From: Candidatus Bathyarchaeota archaeon
GTDB taxonomy: Archaea; Thermoproteota; Bathyarchaeia; Bathyarchaeales; Bathycorpusculaceae
Assembly (NCBI GenBank): GCA_963833575.1
Contig: CAWHXY010000004.1
Span: forward strand, 608,001 to 672,000
Direction: 5' to 3'
DNA length: 64,000 nucleotides
The notes under the pieces: generated by a model
What the model was told of the DNA's origin: nothing
Databases searched by the model: none
What the model saw: only the letters and a program-made list of their open reading frames with translations
Part shown: positions 38,135 to 48,805 of the stretch, in pieces
Layout of the letters: every line of letters starts with the position of its first letter
Numbering within the stretch: position 1 is the first letter of the stretch
Translations under genes and position numbers: made by a program

Positions 38135-39295
38135 TTAGAAGGCGCCAGCGATTCTGTTACAGGCTTCAATTACACGTTCCTTGGGCTGTGTAAACGTCAT
38201 TCTCGCATAACCTTCGCCAAACTTGCCAAAACCGATACCCGGCGTCACTGCTACACCAACGTCAAGCAGTTTGGTAGCGAATTGCATTGAATCGCCTTTG
38301 CAGTTAACCCAAACGTAAAAGGTTGCTTTGGGCTTGTCGCATTTGTAGCCAATCTTGCAGAGTGTTTCAACAAGTAAGTCGCGGCGTTCCTGGAGAATTT
38401 GATTGTTTTTCTTTAGGAACTCTGGTTTGTCGTTGCTTGTGTAGGTTGCTAAGGCTTTGACGGCGACTTTCTGAGTGTAAACTGGGGGTCCAGAATCGAT
38501 CTGTGACTTGATTTTTGTTAATCCGCTTATAAGCTGCTTGTTGCCTACAGCGAAGCCGATGCGATCGCCAGTCATGTTGAAAGTTTTTGAAAGGGAATGG
38601 AATTCAACTGCAACATCTGTTGCGCCGTCAACTTCCAAAATGCTGGGTGCTTGATAGCCGTCGTAAGTGATTTCTGAGTAGGCATTATCATAACAAAGGA
38701 TTATGTTATTGTCTTTGGCGAAGTCAACGGCTTCTTTGAGGAATCGAATGTCGATTGTTGCTGCTGTCGGGTTGTTTGGATAGTTGAGAAACATCATCTT
38801 AATGCCCTTTGCATTTACAGCGTCAAAATTTGGCTTAAAACCGGTTTCCTCAAGCAGAGGCAAAGAAACTGGATTGCCGTCACAAAGAATGGTGCTACCG
38901 TTAGCGTAAACTGGGTAAGCTGGATTAGGCACCAATACTTTGTCTCTCGGATTTATGAAAGCTCGGGCAATATTTGCAATGCCTTCTTTTGAGCCCAAAA
39001 GAGCAATTACTTGGTCTTGTTGAAGGTCAACATTGAAGCGATTCTTGTACCATGCTGCAACTGCTTCGCGGAAGTCTGGTTCGCCTTGGCTAAATGAATA
39101 ATTATGGTTTTTTATGTTAGCTACTTCTTCTTTTAGCGCTTCTATGATGAATTGAGGAGGAGGGAGGTCAGGGTCACCGATGCTTAACGAAATCAGGTCG
39201 ATGCCTTGTGCTTTCTTTTCTTTAATGATTTTCTCTATTTCTGCGAATAAGTATGGAGGTAATCGCTTTATTCGATTTGCAGATTCAAAGGTCAT
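38135..39295 (-). CDS. dapL: LL-diaminopimelate aminotransferase
   Basis: LPPYLFAEI, NYPNNPT, YDNAYSE, SLSKTFNMTGDRIG; last gene of the DAP operon. Confidence 0.85.
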   Translation of the reverse strand: MTFESANRIKRLPPYLFAEIEKIIKEKKAQGIDLISLSIGDPDLPPPQFIIEALKEEVANIKNHNYSFSQGEPDFREAVAAWYKNRFNVDLQQDQVIALLGSKEGIANIARAFINPRDKVLVPNPAYPVYANGSTILCDGNPVSLPLLEETGFKPNFDAVNAKGIKMMFLNYPNNPTAATIDIRFLKEAVDFAKDNNIILCYDNAYSEITYDGYQAPSILEVDGATDVAVEFHSLSKTFNMTGDRIGFAVGNKQLISGLTKIKSQIDSGPPVYTQKVAVKALATYTSNDKPEFLKKNNQILQERRDLLVETLCKIGYKCDKPKATFYVWVNCKGDSMQFATKLLDVGVAVTPGIGFGKFGEGYARMTFTQPKERVIEACNRIAGAF

Positions 39296-39296
39296 T

Positions 39297-40130
39297 TTAT
39301 TGTTCTCCAAATAGGGTTGCTTCAAAAACTTTTTCAGCTGCTCCGCTCAAAAACAAGTTTTCAGCAACTTCCACTCGCAAATCGCCACCAAGCACATGTA
39401 CTGTAACTTTGTTTCCAACTTTTCCAAGCTTGTTTGCAGCTGCAACAGCAGCGCAGGTTCCGGTACCGCACGCTAGAGTTTCTCCGCAGCCACGTTCCCA
39501 AACACGGACTCTAAGCTCGTTTTGGTTTACGACTTGTGCGAAGCCGACGTTGGTTCGATTTGGAAAAGCCGTGTGATTCTCAATTTTCGAGCCGACCTTC
39601 TCGACTGGAAAATCGTTTACATCTTCGACGAATATTATGCAGTGCGGATTTCCCATTGAGAGGCAAGTTACTTTGAATATTTCACTCTCTACTTCTAATT
39701 TTTCGTTGATGCAAGTGCCTTGTCCAATCATAGGAAGAGACTTTCGTTCCCAATTTGGCGCACCCATATCCACTTTAACATCTGTGACTTCTTTGCCGTT
39801 TAGGGTCAACCAAACGTGTTTTAAACCAGATAGCGTCTCGACCATGAACTCCGGCTTAACTACGATGCCATTTTCATAACAGTACTTGACAAAACATCTT
39901 ATCCCGTTGCCACACATTTCTGCTTCGCTACCATCAGCGTTGAAGATCCTCATCTTAGCATCAGCTACTTTGGAGTTGGAAACAAGCAATAGACCGTCTG
40001 CTCCAATCGAAAAGCGTCGTTCACAAAGCCGCTTAGCTAGATCCTCAGCCCGATTACCGCTAATCCCTTCGTCTCGGTTGTCGACCACTATGTAATCATT
40101 GCCTAAACCATGCATCTTCCAAAAACGCAT
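39297..40130 (-). CDS. dapF: Diaminopimelate epimerase
   Basis: KMHGLGND, EMCGNG, GNPH, ERGCGETLACGTG. Confidence 0.97.
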   Translation of the reverse strand: MRFWKMHGLGNDYIVVDNRDEGISGNRAEDLAKRLCERRFSIGADGLLLVSNSKVADAKMRIFNADGSEAEMCGNGIRCFVKYCYENGIVVKPEFMVETLSGLKHVWLTLNGKEVTDVKVDMGAPNWERKSLPMIGQGTCINEKLEVESEIFKVTCLSMGNPHCIIFVEDVNDFPVEKVGSKIENHTAFPNRTNVGFAQVVNQNELRVRVWERGCGETLACGTGTCAAVAAANKLGKVGNKVTVHVLGGDLRVEVAENLFLSGAAEKVFEATLFGEQ

Positions 40131-40133
40131 AAG

Positions 40134-41420
40134 TCACTCTGCCGCCTGTTGATTGCTCGTTAAATTATCAAGTTTTTCCCGTTCCCTAATCACGAAAGAC
40201 TTGCCTTGCCTAATCAGAACTTCTGCAGCTTTTGGTCTTGCATTGTACTGTGAGCTCATGCTGAAACCGTATGCCCCAGCGTTCAAGACTGCCAACAAGT
40301 CACCTTCCTCAATAACTGGTAGCATCCGGTCTTTTGCTAAGGCATCGCCTGACTCACAGATTGGCCCTACCACATCATAGGTTTCCTTATCTGCTGCTCC
40401 AAGCTTGTTGGCAACCAATATGGGATGGTAGGAACCGTACATAGTTGGTCTAATTAGTGTGTTGAAGCCTGCATCCACACCTACGAACTTCTTTGAAGGC
40501 GTCACTTTTACTGTGTTAACAGTTGTTAGCAAAATGCTTGCGTCGCAGACTAAGTATCTGCCTGGTTCAATGCACAGAAACGGCTTTCCAAGTCCATATT
40601 CAGCAACCTTAGTCTTGAATGGCGCAACCACTTTGTTGGCGAATTCTGATAAATCAAAGTCTTTATCTTCCGGCTTGTAAGGAACACCAAAGCCACCGCC
40701 TATATCAATAAATTCAAAGTCTACTCCTACTTCGTCATGAACACGCTTAGCAATACTCAACAGCTTTTCCACGGCTAAAGTGTAAGGTTCAACTTCAAGA
40801 ATACCTGAACCGATGTGCATTTGAATGCCGAAACGTTCAACCCTGGCTCTTTTTGCAATCGCATAAGCCTGAATTACTTCTTCTTCGCAAAGTCCAAATT
40901 TCGAGTCGTGACCTGCAGTTATGCAATGACTATGATGCCCTGCACCAATTTCAGGATTAACACGCACTGATACAATTTGTGGCACGGCAACCTTTAGCAA
41001 TCGATCTAACTCGGACTGTGAATCAATGTTTACAGTGACATTTGCATCTGCCAGCATTTTTAATTCATCGTTTCGGACACTGGTTCCAGTGAACATTATG
41101 CGGTCTTGAGTATATCCACTGATTAAGCCCATGAATACTTCTCCAGGACTAACCGTGTCTAAATATGCACCTTGTGACTGCAAAATCTTTAGCACTGTAA
41201 GGTTAGAATTTGCTTTTGCAGCATAATAGACCCGGACGTATTTGTAGTTGCGGATTAAAGCGTCATGAATCCGATTGTAATTGTCCCTAATGCGTTTCTC
41301 GCTTACCACATACAAAGGAGTATCATATTTTTGAGCTAAATCTTTGACTGAACATCCATCAAAGAACAAGCATCCTTTCCGCTCCTCCAACGGTTCACGA
41401 AGCTTCCTATTTTTAACCAT
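40134..41420 (-). CDS. lysA: Diaminopimelate decarboxylase
   Basis: YAAKAN, HIGS, DIGGG, EPGR, GPICESGD. Confidence 0.97.
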   Translation of the reverse strand: MVKNRKLREPLEERKGCLFFDGCSVKDLAQKYDTPLYVVSEKRIRDNYNRIHDALIRNYKYVRVYYAAKANSNLTVLKILQSQGAYLDTVSPGEVFMGLISGYTQDRIMFTGTSVRNDELKMLADANVTVNIDSQSELDRLLKVAVPQIVSVRVNPEIGAGHHSHCITAGHDSKFGLCEEEVIQAYAIAKRARVERFGIQMHIGSGILEVEPYTLAVEKLLSIAKRVHDEVGVDFEFIDIGGGFGVPYKPEDKDFDLSEFANKVVAPFKTKVAEYGLGKPFLCIEPGRYLVCDASILLTTVNTVKVTPSKKFVGVDAGFNTLIRPTMYGSYHPILVANKLGAADKETYDVVGPICESGDALAKDRMLPVIEEGDLLAVLNAGAYGFSMSSQYNARPKAAEVLIRQGKSFVIREREKLDNLTSNQQAAE

Positions 41421-41457
41421 ACTTGTTTACACCCACGTTATGTCGGATTAGAATAGT

Positions 41458-42516
41458 TTAAGCTAAACCTTTAGCTACAAAGAGCTCAGCACTTAAAACT
41501 CCGGCGCCTGCACCGCCACGAACTGTATTATGCCCAAGACACATGTATTTAAAAGTCATAATTGGATCTTTGCGTATTCTGCCAACTACAACACTCATTC
41601 CGCAGCCGGTATCACGATCAAAGCGTGGCTGAGGCCTGTTTTTCTCATGCCGAACCACAATTGGGTTAAGTGGGGCAGAAGGCAACTTGAGCTTTTGCGG
41701 TTCACCGCTAAAGTTGGCAAAAGCACCTTCTATTTCCTCTATTGACGGATCTTCTGAGAGCTTTACGAAGACTGATTCTAAATGTCCATCTTTTACGTGA
41801 ACTCTGTTGCAGCTTGCACTAAGCTTGAACTCAGCATTCTTGATCGCCATGCCGTTGAAGTTACCAAGTATCTTTAGAGCTTCCGCCTCCATCTTCTCTT
41901 CCTCCCCTGAAATAAAGGGAACCACATTATCGATTATGTCTAATGAGGGTACACCTGGGTATCCTGCTCCGCTTAACGCTTGCATAGTTGATACAATGAT
42001 TTCCTTTAAGCCAAACTGTATCAAAGGCTTAAGAGTAACCGCAAGTTGAATTGTACTGCAGTTGGGGTCTGTTGTAATGAAGCCTTTCCAACCCCTTAGT
42101 TTTTGCTGAATCTTTATCAAATTAGCGTGATCTGGGTTAATTTCTGGAATAAGTAACGGAACATCTTTTTCCATTCTATGAGCGCTTGCCTTGCTAAAAA
42201 CTGGATAAAGCGCTGCAAACTCTGATTCAACTGGACCCGCTAAGTCTCCTGGCAACGATGAAAACACTAGATCAACATCCCCTGCCTTCTCTACTGATAC
42301 AACGTCAGCGTTTGTTACGTGCATTTCGGCAATTTCTTTAGGTAAATTTGACTCCATAACCCAATTGCAAGCATCTCCATATTTTTTGCCTGCTGATCGC
42401 TCTGAAGCAGCAAGCACTTCAATTTGGAACCATGGGTGCCCCTGCAGGAGTTGAATGTACCGCTGACCAACAGCTCCGGTTGCTCCTAATATTGCGACTT
42501 TACGCTTTATTGTCAT
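41458..42516 (-). CDS. asd: Aspartate-semialdehyde dehydrogenase (archaeal/fungal type)
   Basis: GATGAVGQR, PNCST, QALSGAG, HNTVRG. Confidence 0.96.
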   Translation of the reverse strand: MTIKRKVAILGATGAVGQRYIQLLQGHPWFQIEVLAASERSAGKKYGDACNWVMESNLPKEIAEMHVTNADVVSVEKAGDVDLVFSSLPGDLAGPVESEFAALYPVFSKASAHRMEKDVPLLIPEINPDHANLIKIQQKLRGWKGFITTDPNCSTIQLAVTLKPLIQFGLKEIIVSTMQALSGAGYPGVPSLDIIDNVVPFISGEEEKMEAEALKILGNFNGMAIKNAEFKLSASCNRVHVKDGHLESVFVKLSEDPSIEEIEGAFANFSGEPQKLKLPSAPLNPIVVRHEKNRPQPRFDRDTGCGMSVVVGRIRKDPIMTFKYMCLGHNTVRGGAGAGVLSAELFVAKGLA

Positions 42517-42585
42517 TGTTTGTTTCTTCCTTTGCCCTTTTGATCTGGTTGTCGTTGATAAAAAAGTTAATGGTTGATTTACAGG

Positions 42586-43380
42586 TTAAGATAAACCTAA
42601 GACATCTGCCATGTTGAACACTTTAAGCTCTTTTTTATTGCTCAACCATTCGGCTGCGTAAACTGCTCCTTGCGCAAAGACGTTACGTGAGAACGCTATG
42701 TGCTCTATTTTAAGCATCTCGTAAGGGCCTGCAACGATTAAGTCATGAATTCCTGGAACTCCGCCAACACGTATTGCCATCGATTCGAGTTCGTTTGGTT
42801 GCCGCGGGTTAATACCTTCTCTCCCTGAAACGATTTTTGAGTAGCCACGAGTTTTTGATATTATTTGCTCAAGCTTCTTAGCTGTCCCACTCGGAGCATC
42901 TTTCTTCCCTGTATGGTGGATTTCGCTTAAACTGAAATCGTACCCTGTAGGAAATGCTTTCAAAGCTTCTGCCAATTTGAAGAGTATGTTGACACCTACA
43001 GAATAGTTTGGTGAGAATACTGCCGGTACTTTGTCTGTCATAGCAGCTACGACTTGGCGGTTTTGCTCTGATGTAAAACCTGTGGTTCCGAGGATTATGC
43101 GTTTTCCAAGATTCGCTACCGTAGGGATGTTAATTACTTCGGCGTCAGGCGTTGTGAAGCTTACATACGTATCTGAAGTTTGGACAGCTTCACTTAGTCT
43201 GTTGGAACTCATGATTTGTGTGTCGGAATTAGCTATACCAAGTTCTCGCAGGGTCTTGCCTATGCTAGGACTGTTTGGAGCGTCTATTGCACCAGCGATT
43301 TGATGTCCCTTCGCGGTTGCTTCAGTTATGATAGCGTTACCCATTCTACCTGCGGCGCCTGCTACACACAATTTAAGCAT
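42586..43380 (-). CDS. dapB: 4-hydroxy-tetrahydrodipicolinate reductase
   Basis: GAAGRMG, GTTGF, EIHHTGKKDAPSGTA. Confidence 0.96.
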   Translation of the reverse strand: MLKLCVAGAAGRMGNAIITEATAKGHQIAGAIDAPNSPSIGKTLRELGIANSDTQIMSSNRLSEAVQTSDTYVSFTTPDAEVINIPTVANLGKRIILGTTGFTSEQNRQVVAAMTDKVPAVFSPNYSVGVNILFKLAEALKAFPTGYDFSLSEIHHTGKKDAPSGTAKKLEQIISKTRGYSKIVSGREGINPRQPNELESMAIRVGGVPGIHDLIVAGPYEMLKIEHIAFSRNVFAQGAVYAAEWLSNKKELKVFNMADVLGLS

Positions 43381-44410
43381 AATAGAGCCCCTCCAGATAC
43401 TTTGTATTATATAATCGATCCTTTATGTCAACGTTAAAGTAGTCGGCGACAGGCTGAAGAATTTCTGGATTTGTCTCAAATACTTTTCTAGCGTTTGTAA
43501 GGACGACCTCTAATCCAGAACGCGTCATCTTTCCCAAAGGTTGCCTACATGGACCCGACGGCATGCCAAGTACGTTCATCAATGTCTTGTACGCCAGTGG
43601 ATTTCTTGCCTTGCAAGCAACTGGACCGTAGGGCGTCTGTTCTTGGGTTTTTACAGTAACTAAGCTAAAGAGCGGCTGGAGAGCTTGAGAGATTACACTG
43701 GCTGCTTCCTCGTTTCCATCCTGCAAGTAATGCACCATATCCACGACCGCATTTGGAACGACATTGGAAACAACTGAGATTACTCCGCTAGCAGAAATGT
43801 CAGGCGAAATCATCATGGTGTAGGTCTTATCATCATCGCCTGAGAGAATATCGAAATCTTCTCCACAGAGTTGCCGAGTTAACTCCATGTTCTTTAGATC
43901 GCCTGTAGCTTCTTTCACACAGCGAACGTTTGGGTATTGGTAATGAATCGCTGCAAGGTCTTGAGGGTAAAGCTGAGTTCCAGTTCTACCTGGGATAATG
44001 TAGGGAATTACTTGAGTTTCAGTGAATTGTCTCGCGATTGGTTCGATGTATTCTCGGCGTATTTCTAGAGAGCTCGGCCCATTGTAATATGGATCTACAA
44101 GTAAAACGCATTTTATACCTAGGTGCTGGGCGTGTTCTGTTCCTTCAATTGCTTCTTGTGTCGAGTTGCTTCCTGTCCCAGCTATAGTTAAGCAACGTGC
44201 GCCTATGTAGTCATGAGTTTTTTCGATTACCTGGTTGTGTTCATGCCAGTCTAAGGTAGGGCTTTCGCCAGTTGTGCCGACAGCTAATATGCCTTTTACG
44301 CCTTCTTCTATTTGAAAATTCACCAGTTGACGTAAACCTTCGTAATCGACTTGACGATTACTGGTCATTGGAGTTATTAGTGCAGTATAACAACCGCTAA
44401 ATGTCACCAT
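43373..44410 (-). CDS. dapA: 4-hydroxy-tetrahydrodipicolinate synthase
   Basis: GTTGESPTL, PYYN, IPGRTG, KEATG, SGDD. Confidence 0.95.
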   Translation of the reverse strand: MVTFSGCYTALITPMTSNRQVDYEGLRQLVNFQIEEGVKGILAVGTTGESPTLDWHEHNQVIEKTHDYIGARCLTIAGTGSNSTQEAIEGTEHAQHLGIKCVLLVDPYYNGPSSLEIRREYIEPIARQFTETQVIPYIIPGRTGTQLYPQDLAAIHYQYPNVRCVKEATGDLKNMELTRQLCGEDFDILSGDDDKTYTMMISPDISASGVISVVSNVVPNAVVDMVHYLQDGNEEAASVISQALQPLFSLVTVKTQEQTPYGPVACKARNPLAYKTLMNVLGMPSGPCRQPLGKMTRSGLEVVLTNARKVFETNPEILQPVADYFNVDIKDRLYNTKYLEGLYYA

Positions 44411-44571
44411 TATTAATTCCTCATTTATTGGAAGCAACATGCATAGCTTTGTATTTAAGTATTACGTTTAACATAGTTTTTTTACTAAAAACGAAAAAAT
44501 ATTACATAAATTTCAGATAAATTCAGACTTGAACCAATGCTTTTCGTAAGAAACCAATTAAAAAACTTGGC

Positions 44572-44880
44572 TTAACATTCTAACGGCACAACATAATAAG
44601 ACGTAAAAACATCATCGTAGCCAATGTAAAGCCCTCGCAAAAAAGCAATTGCATCCTCAAGAACCAGCGCAGATGGAATAACCAACCTGAAATTATCCAA
44701 CCGCACAACTTCGGTCAACTTTCCAGTTTCTTTTTTCAGAATTTTCATTCTTAAAACTTTGCGCCCTGAAAGAAAGACTGCAAACTCACCATAGAGAGAA
44801 CTGCCTTTTCGAACTTCGATGGATTTTTTTCCAGATTTTAGCCATTCAAATGGCTCTTTCTTCGTACGGAAAAGTGGCAC
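44572..44880 (-). CDS. ASCH/PUA-domain protein
   Basis: FEWLKSGKKSIEVR (GxKxxExR). Confidence 0.7.
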   Translation of the reverse strand: MPLFRTKKEPFEWLKSGKKSIEVRKGSSLYGEFAVFLSGRKVLRMKILKKETGKLTEVVRLDNFRLVIPSALVLEDAIAFLRGLYIGYDDVFTSYYVVPLEC

Positions 44881-44996
44881 GTTTAAACCTGAAATTTTAG
44901 AGTCACTTGCCTAAGAAATAAACTTTAGCAAGAAAAGCGAATAACTAAATTGTATGGAATAGGAAAAAATGGGTTGAAACTGAGAAAAACTTTGGT

Positions 44997-45194
44997 TTAC
45001 CCTTTGCCTTTCTCTTCTTTACCGAAGTACTTGGTCCATTTTAGTTTGCGTGCATCTCGTTTAAATTGCAATGAGCTTTTCTTGCATTTGCCGGAATCGA
45101 ACCATAGAATTGATCCATCGTTTTTGACGAACATCATGCCTGTGCCAGCTGGGAAATCAGCACCACAGAATGAGCATTTACGGTTTTTTGGCAT
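44997..45194 (-). CDS. rpl24e: 50S ribosomal protein L24e
   Basis: CSFCG...GTGMMFV..DG...F...KC...R.LKWT. Confidence 0.96.
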   Translation of the reverse strand: MPKNRKCSFCGADFPAGTGMMFVKNDGSILWFDSGKCKKSSLQFKRDARKLKWTKYFGKEEKGKG

Positions 45195-45214
45195 GATAAT
45201 TTTTCTCCTTTATG

Positions 45215-45433
45215 TTATCTTGTGATTTTCTTTGCTTCTCTTTCTGTTTCTCGCAGCATTAGGATATCTTGAACGCGAACTGGTCCTTTAACGTTGCGTG
45301 TTATGATTCTGCCTTTGTCTTTGCCTTCCATTATGCGAACTCGAACCTGTGTGATTTCGCCTGTTACGCCAGTTCGACCTATAACCTGAATAACTTCTGA
45401 TGGAATAAGCTCTTCTGCTGCTTCTTTACTCAT
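45215..45433 (-). CDS. rps28e: 30S ribosomal protein S28e
   Basis: [25 protein letters not shown]. Confidence 0.97.
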   Translation of the reverse strand: MSKEAAEELIPSEVIQVIGRTGVTGEITQVRVRIMEGKDKGRIITRNVKGPVRVQDILMLRETEREAKKITR

Positions 45434-45813
45434 TACTGAGTTCCTCGTTTGACCTGGTCAATTCGCGTGACTATTTCTCTGATTAATCCTGCGGCTTCTC
45501 CTTCTTTGAGAATGCATGCTGCTGCACACGGAACGTCGATACCTATGGAGGTGCCTATCTTGTCTTTGCTTGGAACGAATACGTATGGAATTTTTCTTTC
45601 TTCACAGAGAAGCGGTAAATGCGCCACCACTTCCGGTGGATCTACATCTTCAGCTATAATAACTAGTTTCGCTATTGATCGTTCAACAGCTTTTGTAGCT
45701 TCGTTTGTTCCTTTCCTAACTACTCCTGATTTAGAAGCAATGGTTAGGGCTTCATAGGCTGCATCTACGATTTCTTTCGGTACTTCATATTTTACATAGA
45801 ATGGTTTGGACAT
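45433..45813 (-). CDS. rpl7ae: 50S ribosomal protein L7Ae
   Basis: [27 protein letters not shown]. Confidence 0.97.
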   Translation of the reverse strand: MSKPFYVKYEVPKEIVDAAYEALTIASKSGVVRKGTNEATKAVERSIAKLVIIAEDVDPPEVVAHLPLLCEERKIPYVFVPSKDKIGTSIGIDVPCAAACILKEGEAAGLIREIVTRIDQVKRGTQ

Positions 45814-45974
45814 ATTAGCCTCACCCTTTTAAGGCACAGTCTTATCCACACTTCTTGTTTAAGAAGCTTTCTGCTCAGAAAGGTTAGTCTAAACTTACGG
45901 CTTTTAAAGCTCTTAGAAAGCTTTAAATAAGCTACTACGGCATCGTACATGTTTTTCGAGAGGGGAATGGGCGT

Positions 45975-46223
45975 TTGCAAAAATTGGGCAGGGTGCGGGC
46001 GTTAACTCCATCTAAAAACATGATTGTAAAGAGTGAACAAGCGCCTAGAATTGGCTCAGAAGTTATTGATGAGAACTTAAATGTTGTCGGTAAAGTTTTT
46101 GATATTATAGGTCCAGTGTCGGCTCCTTATGCGGTTGTTAAACCAACAATTAGGGAACCTGCTAAACTATTGAATAAACCGGTGTACTTGCTCCTCTCGA
46201 AAACGACACGGAGCAAAAAATAA
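45975..46223 (+). CDS. gar1: H/ACA RNP protein Gar1/Naf1
   Basis: VGKVFDIIGPVSAPY; directly upstream of tfb. Confidence 0.9.
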   Translation: MQKLGRVRALTPSKNMIVKSEQAPRIGSEVIDENLNVVGKVFDIIGPVSAPYAVVKPTIREPAKLLNKPVYLLLSKTTRSKK

Positions 46224-47183
46224 ATGAGTAGAGACAGCAAGCTTGAAACAGACCAATCTGTAAAAACAGAACCAGCAAAGATACAATCTTGCCCTGAATG
46301 CGGCAGCACCCGACTTATGCGCGATTACGAATGCGCCGAAATAGTATGTATGGACTGCGGGTTCGTTGTCGCAGCCAAAATAGCTGACCGAGGACCTGAA
46401 TGGAGAGCTTTTGATGATGAACAAAGATCAAAGCGAACCAGAGTTGGAGCACCCTTAACATATACGATCCACGATAAGGGGTTATCAACAACTATCGATT
46501 GGCATGACCGCGACATCTATGGTAAAAGCCTCTCGCCAGGACAGAAAGCTCAAGTTTATCGCCTTAGAAAATGGCAAAGGCGCATCAGGGTTTCAGACGC
46601 AACAGAGCGGAATCTGGCATTTGCTCTCTCTGAAATTACAAAAATTTCGAACAATTTGAATCTTCCAAAAAATATTCTTGAAACAGCCTCAGTAATTTAT
46701 CGAAAAGCCGTAAAAGAACGCCTAATCAGAGGTAGGTCAATTCAGGGCGTAACTTCAGCAGCAATTTATTTGGCATGCAGGCAATGTGGCTTACCTCGAA
46801 CCTTGGACGAAATCGCTCAGTCGTCAACAGTAAATAAGAAAGAAGTTGGTAGAAGCTACCGTTTTCTCATCAGAGAATTAAACTATTCTATTCCACCGCT
46901 CAGACCAAGTCAGTACATAACAAAGTTCTCGAACCAGCTGACGATGCAGGGAAAAGTTGAAGAAATTGCTCACAAAATCTTGGCGGCTGCAAAAGAACTT
47001 AAACTTACATCAGGTCGAGGACCAACGGGCATTGCTGCAGCAGCAAGTTACGTAGCATCTGTTTTAACCGGCGAGAGAAAGACGCAAAGAGAAATCGCCG
47101 AGATTGCGCAGGTCACTGAGGTCACCATTCGGAATAGGTACAAGGAACTTGTAGAACGATTAATGTTCCAAATAAGCATTTAA
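46224..47183 (+). CDS. tfb: Transcription initiation factor IIB
   Basis: CPECG Zn ribbon, GPEWRAF, two cyclin repeats, [12 protein letters not shown]. Confidence 0.98.
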   Translation: MSRDSKLETDQSVKTEPAKIQSCPECGSTRLMRDYECAEIVCMDCGFVVAAKIADRGPEWRAFDDEQRSKRTRVGAPLTYTIHDKGLSTTIDWHDRDIYGKSLSPGQKAQVYRLRKWQRRIRVSDATERNLAFALSEITKISNNLNLPKNILETASVIYRKAVKERLIRGRSIQGVTSAAIYLACRQCGLPRTLDEIAQSSTVNKKEVGRSYRFLIRELNYSIPPLRPSQYITKFSNQLTMQGKVEEIAHKILAAAKELKLTSGRGPTGIAAAASYVASVLTGERKTQREIAEIAQVTEVTIRNRYKELVERLMFQISI

Positions 47184-47220
47184 TTTCCGTCCTGTACTCT
47201 GCTAATCAGGTCCATGACAA

Positions 47221-47508
47221 ATGGCTAATTCAGACATGATGAAAACAGAAGCACCAAAATTAGAAGAGTTAATTACTGAGCTTAAGGAAATTCAGACAGG
47301 GTTTCAACGGAATTTATCTATTTTACACCAAACAATAGAAACCCTTGATTCAAAACCTGAATTATTAAATGGCCTTGAACTTTTTGAGAAAGATGCAGAA
47401 TCCCGAGCCAGTAATTTGGAAGCAGAGGTAAAGCAGCTTCGTGAACAACTTGAAATCATTAAAGAGATTTTAGGGTTAAATACGAAAAAATCTCCTGTTG
47501 AATATTAG
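47221..47508 (+). CDS. Hypothetical coiled-coil protein
   Basis: 95-aa ORF rich in heptad repeats. Confidence 0.6.
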   Translation: MANSDMMKTEAPKLEELITELKEIQTGFQRNLSILHQTIETLDSKPELLNGLELFEKDAESRASNLEAEVKQLREQLEIIKEILGLNTKKSPVEY

Positions 47509-47554
47509 AAAGACACAGGTATTTTTTTAAGCACCTTATTAACTATGCTATTCT

Positions 47555-48169
47555 ATGCCCTATAGATTCATTTTTGACCTTTCCAAGGTTCCGCGATTCT
47601 TCTTCACAGAAATTGCGACCGTTAGTTACCAGAAGGGCATGCATAAAAGCCTGCTTGATAAGCTTCAAAGCCTCATCATTAAATTTAGAATTGAAGAGGC
47701 TACTGGGCTAAACATTAATGACGCAATAGTTCTGCTTCAGGATTTTATTGATGTACAAGCGGTTAATATGATTGAGCGAAATAAATTCTTGCAGACCAAG
47801 AAAAGAGCTCTTTTCCTGCCTCACTGCTCTCGAAAATATTTAGACAACCGATGTAAAGCTTCGTTTAACTCAGATATTCCATCATATACATGTGCACACT
47901 GTTCAGAAGACTGCTTAGTGAACCAATCTAGCCGGCTAGCCAAAACAAAAGGTTATGACGTTTATATTGTACCAGGCGGTTCGTGTATTCCTAAAATTTT
48001 GAAAAACACCAGGTATGAGGGCGTAGTAGGTGTCGCTTGCGGCGAAGAAATCAAGCTATTTGGACCGTTTCTGAATAGTATCGGTCTTGCAGGCCAAGCG
48101 ATACCGTTGATTAAGAATGGCTGTGCAAACACTGTTTTCAACATGGAAACACTCGTAAATGCGCTATAG
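47555..48169 (+). CDS. DUF116 family protein
   Basis: FLPHCSR, C..C...C, YIVPGGS, GVAC, L.KNGC.NT. Confidence 0.85.
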   Translation: MPYRFIFDLSKVPRFFFTEIATVSYQKGMHKSLLDKLQSLIIKFRIEEATGLNINDAIVLLQDFIDVQAVNMIERNKFLQTKKRALFLPHCSRKYLDNRCKASFNSDIPSYTCAHCSEDCLVNQSSRLAKTKGYDVYIVPGGSCIPKILKNTRYEGVVGVACGEEIKLFGPFLNSIGLAGQAIPLIKNGCANTVFNMETLVNAL

Positions 48170-48423
48170 TCGTCATTGACTGACTGCTCATCAAGAAAGC
48201 GAGACCTTGCAAAGCGTCTAATTTTAACTCTTGAAACATTGTAACTTGAAGTAAATTACTGTTAAAAGCAAAAACAAAAAAGCATATTTGCGAAAAAGAG
48301 AGATTCACCATTAATCAATACATCATAGTTTGTTGTAAGTTATGCAAATAATGTAACATGTGATTGTCGAAAATTGTGGCGAGGGATAGTAGTACTATTC
48401 TACTAATAACTCACAAGTTAAAT

Positions 48424-48585
48424 TTACTTCACTATTTCTCGTTTCTTCCAGCGCAGGTTCTTGCCCTTACACTTTCTGCATTTTAAGGCGGTTTCAGCAT
48501 TGCGTGCGCCGCAGTCTCTGCAGATTTTCATGTACAACCTGTGCTTCTGTGCTATGGCTTTTTTAACTGGATCTAATATTGGCAT
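48424..48585 (-). CDS. rpl40e: 50S ribosomal protein L40e (missed by the ORF track)
   Basis: Manual translation MPILDPVKKAIAQKHRLYMKICRDCGARNAETALKCRKCKGKNLRWKKREIVK*. Confidence 0.95.
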   Translation of the reverse strand: MPILDPVKKAIAQKHRLYMKICRDCGARNAETALKCRKCKGKNLRWKKREIVK

Positions 48586-48805
48586 TTTATTAACCTTCCA
48601 TTTTGGCTAACTCTTTGATGGTTAAGTATCAAATATACCTTTTGTCTAAACTTTACACTTTACAAAAACTGAGCTAAAACGCCTAACAAACAATTTGATT
48701 GGGGCTGACGCTCGCAGCAACTGAGGTTTTATTCAAACTCATATTTCTATGATATCCCAAATCAACATGTATTGTTTTATTTTGAAATAAATTAAGAAAT
48801 AGGTT

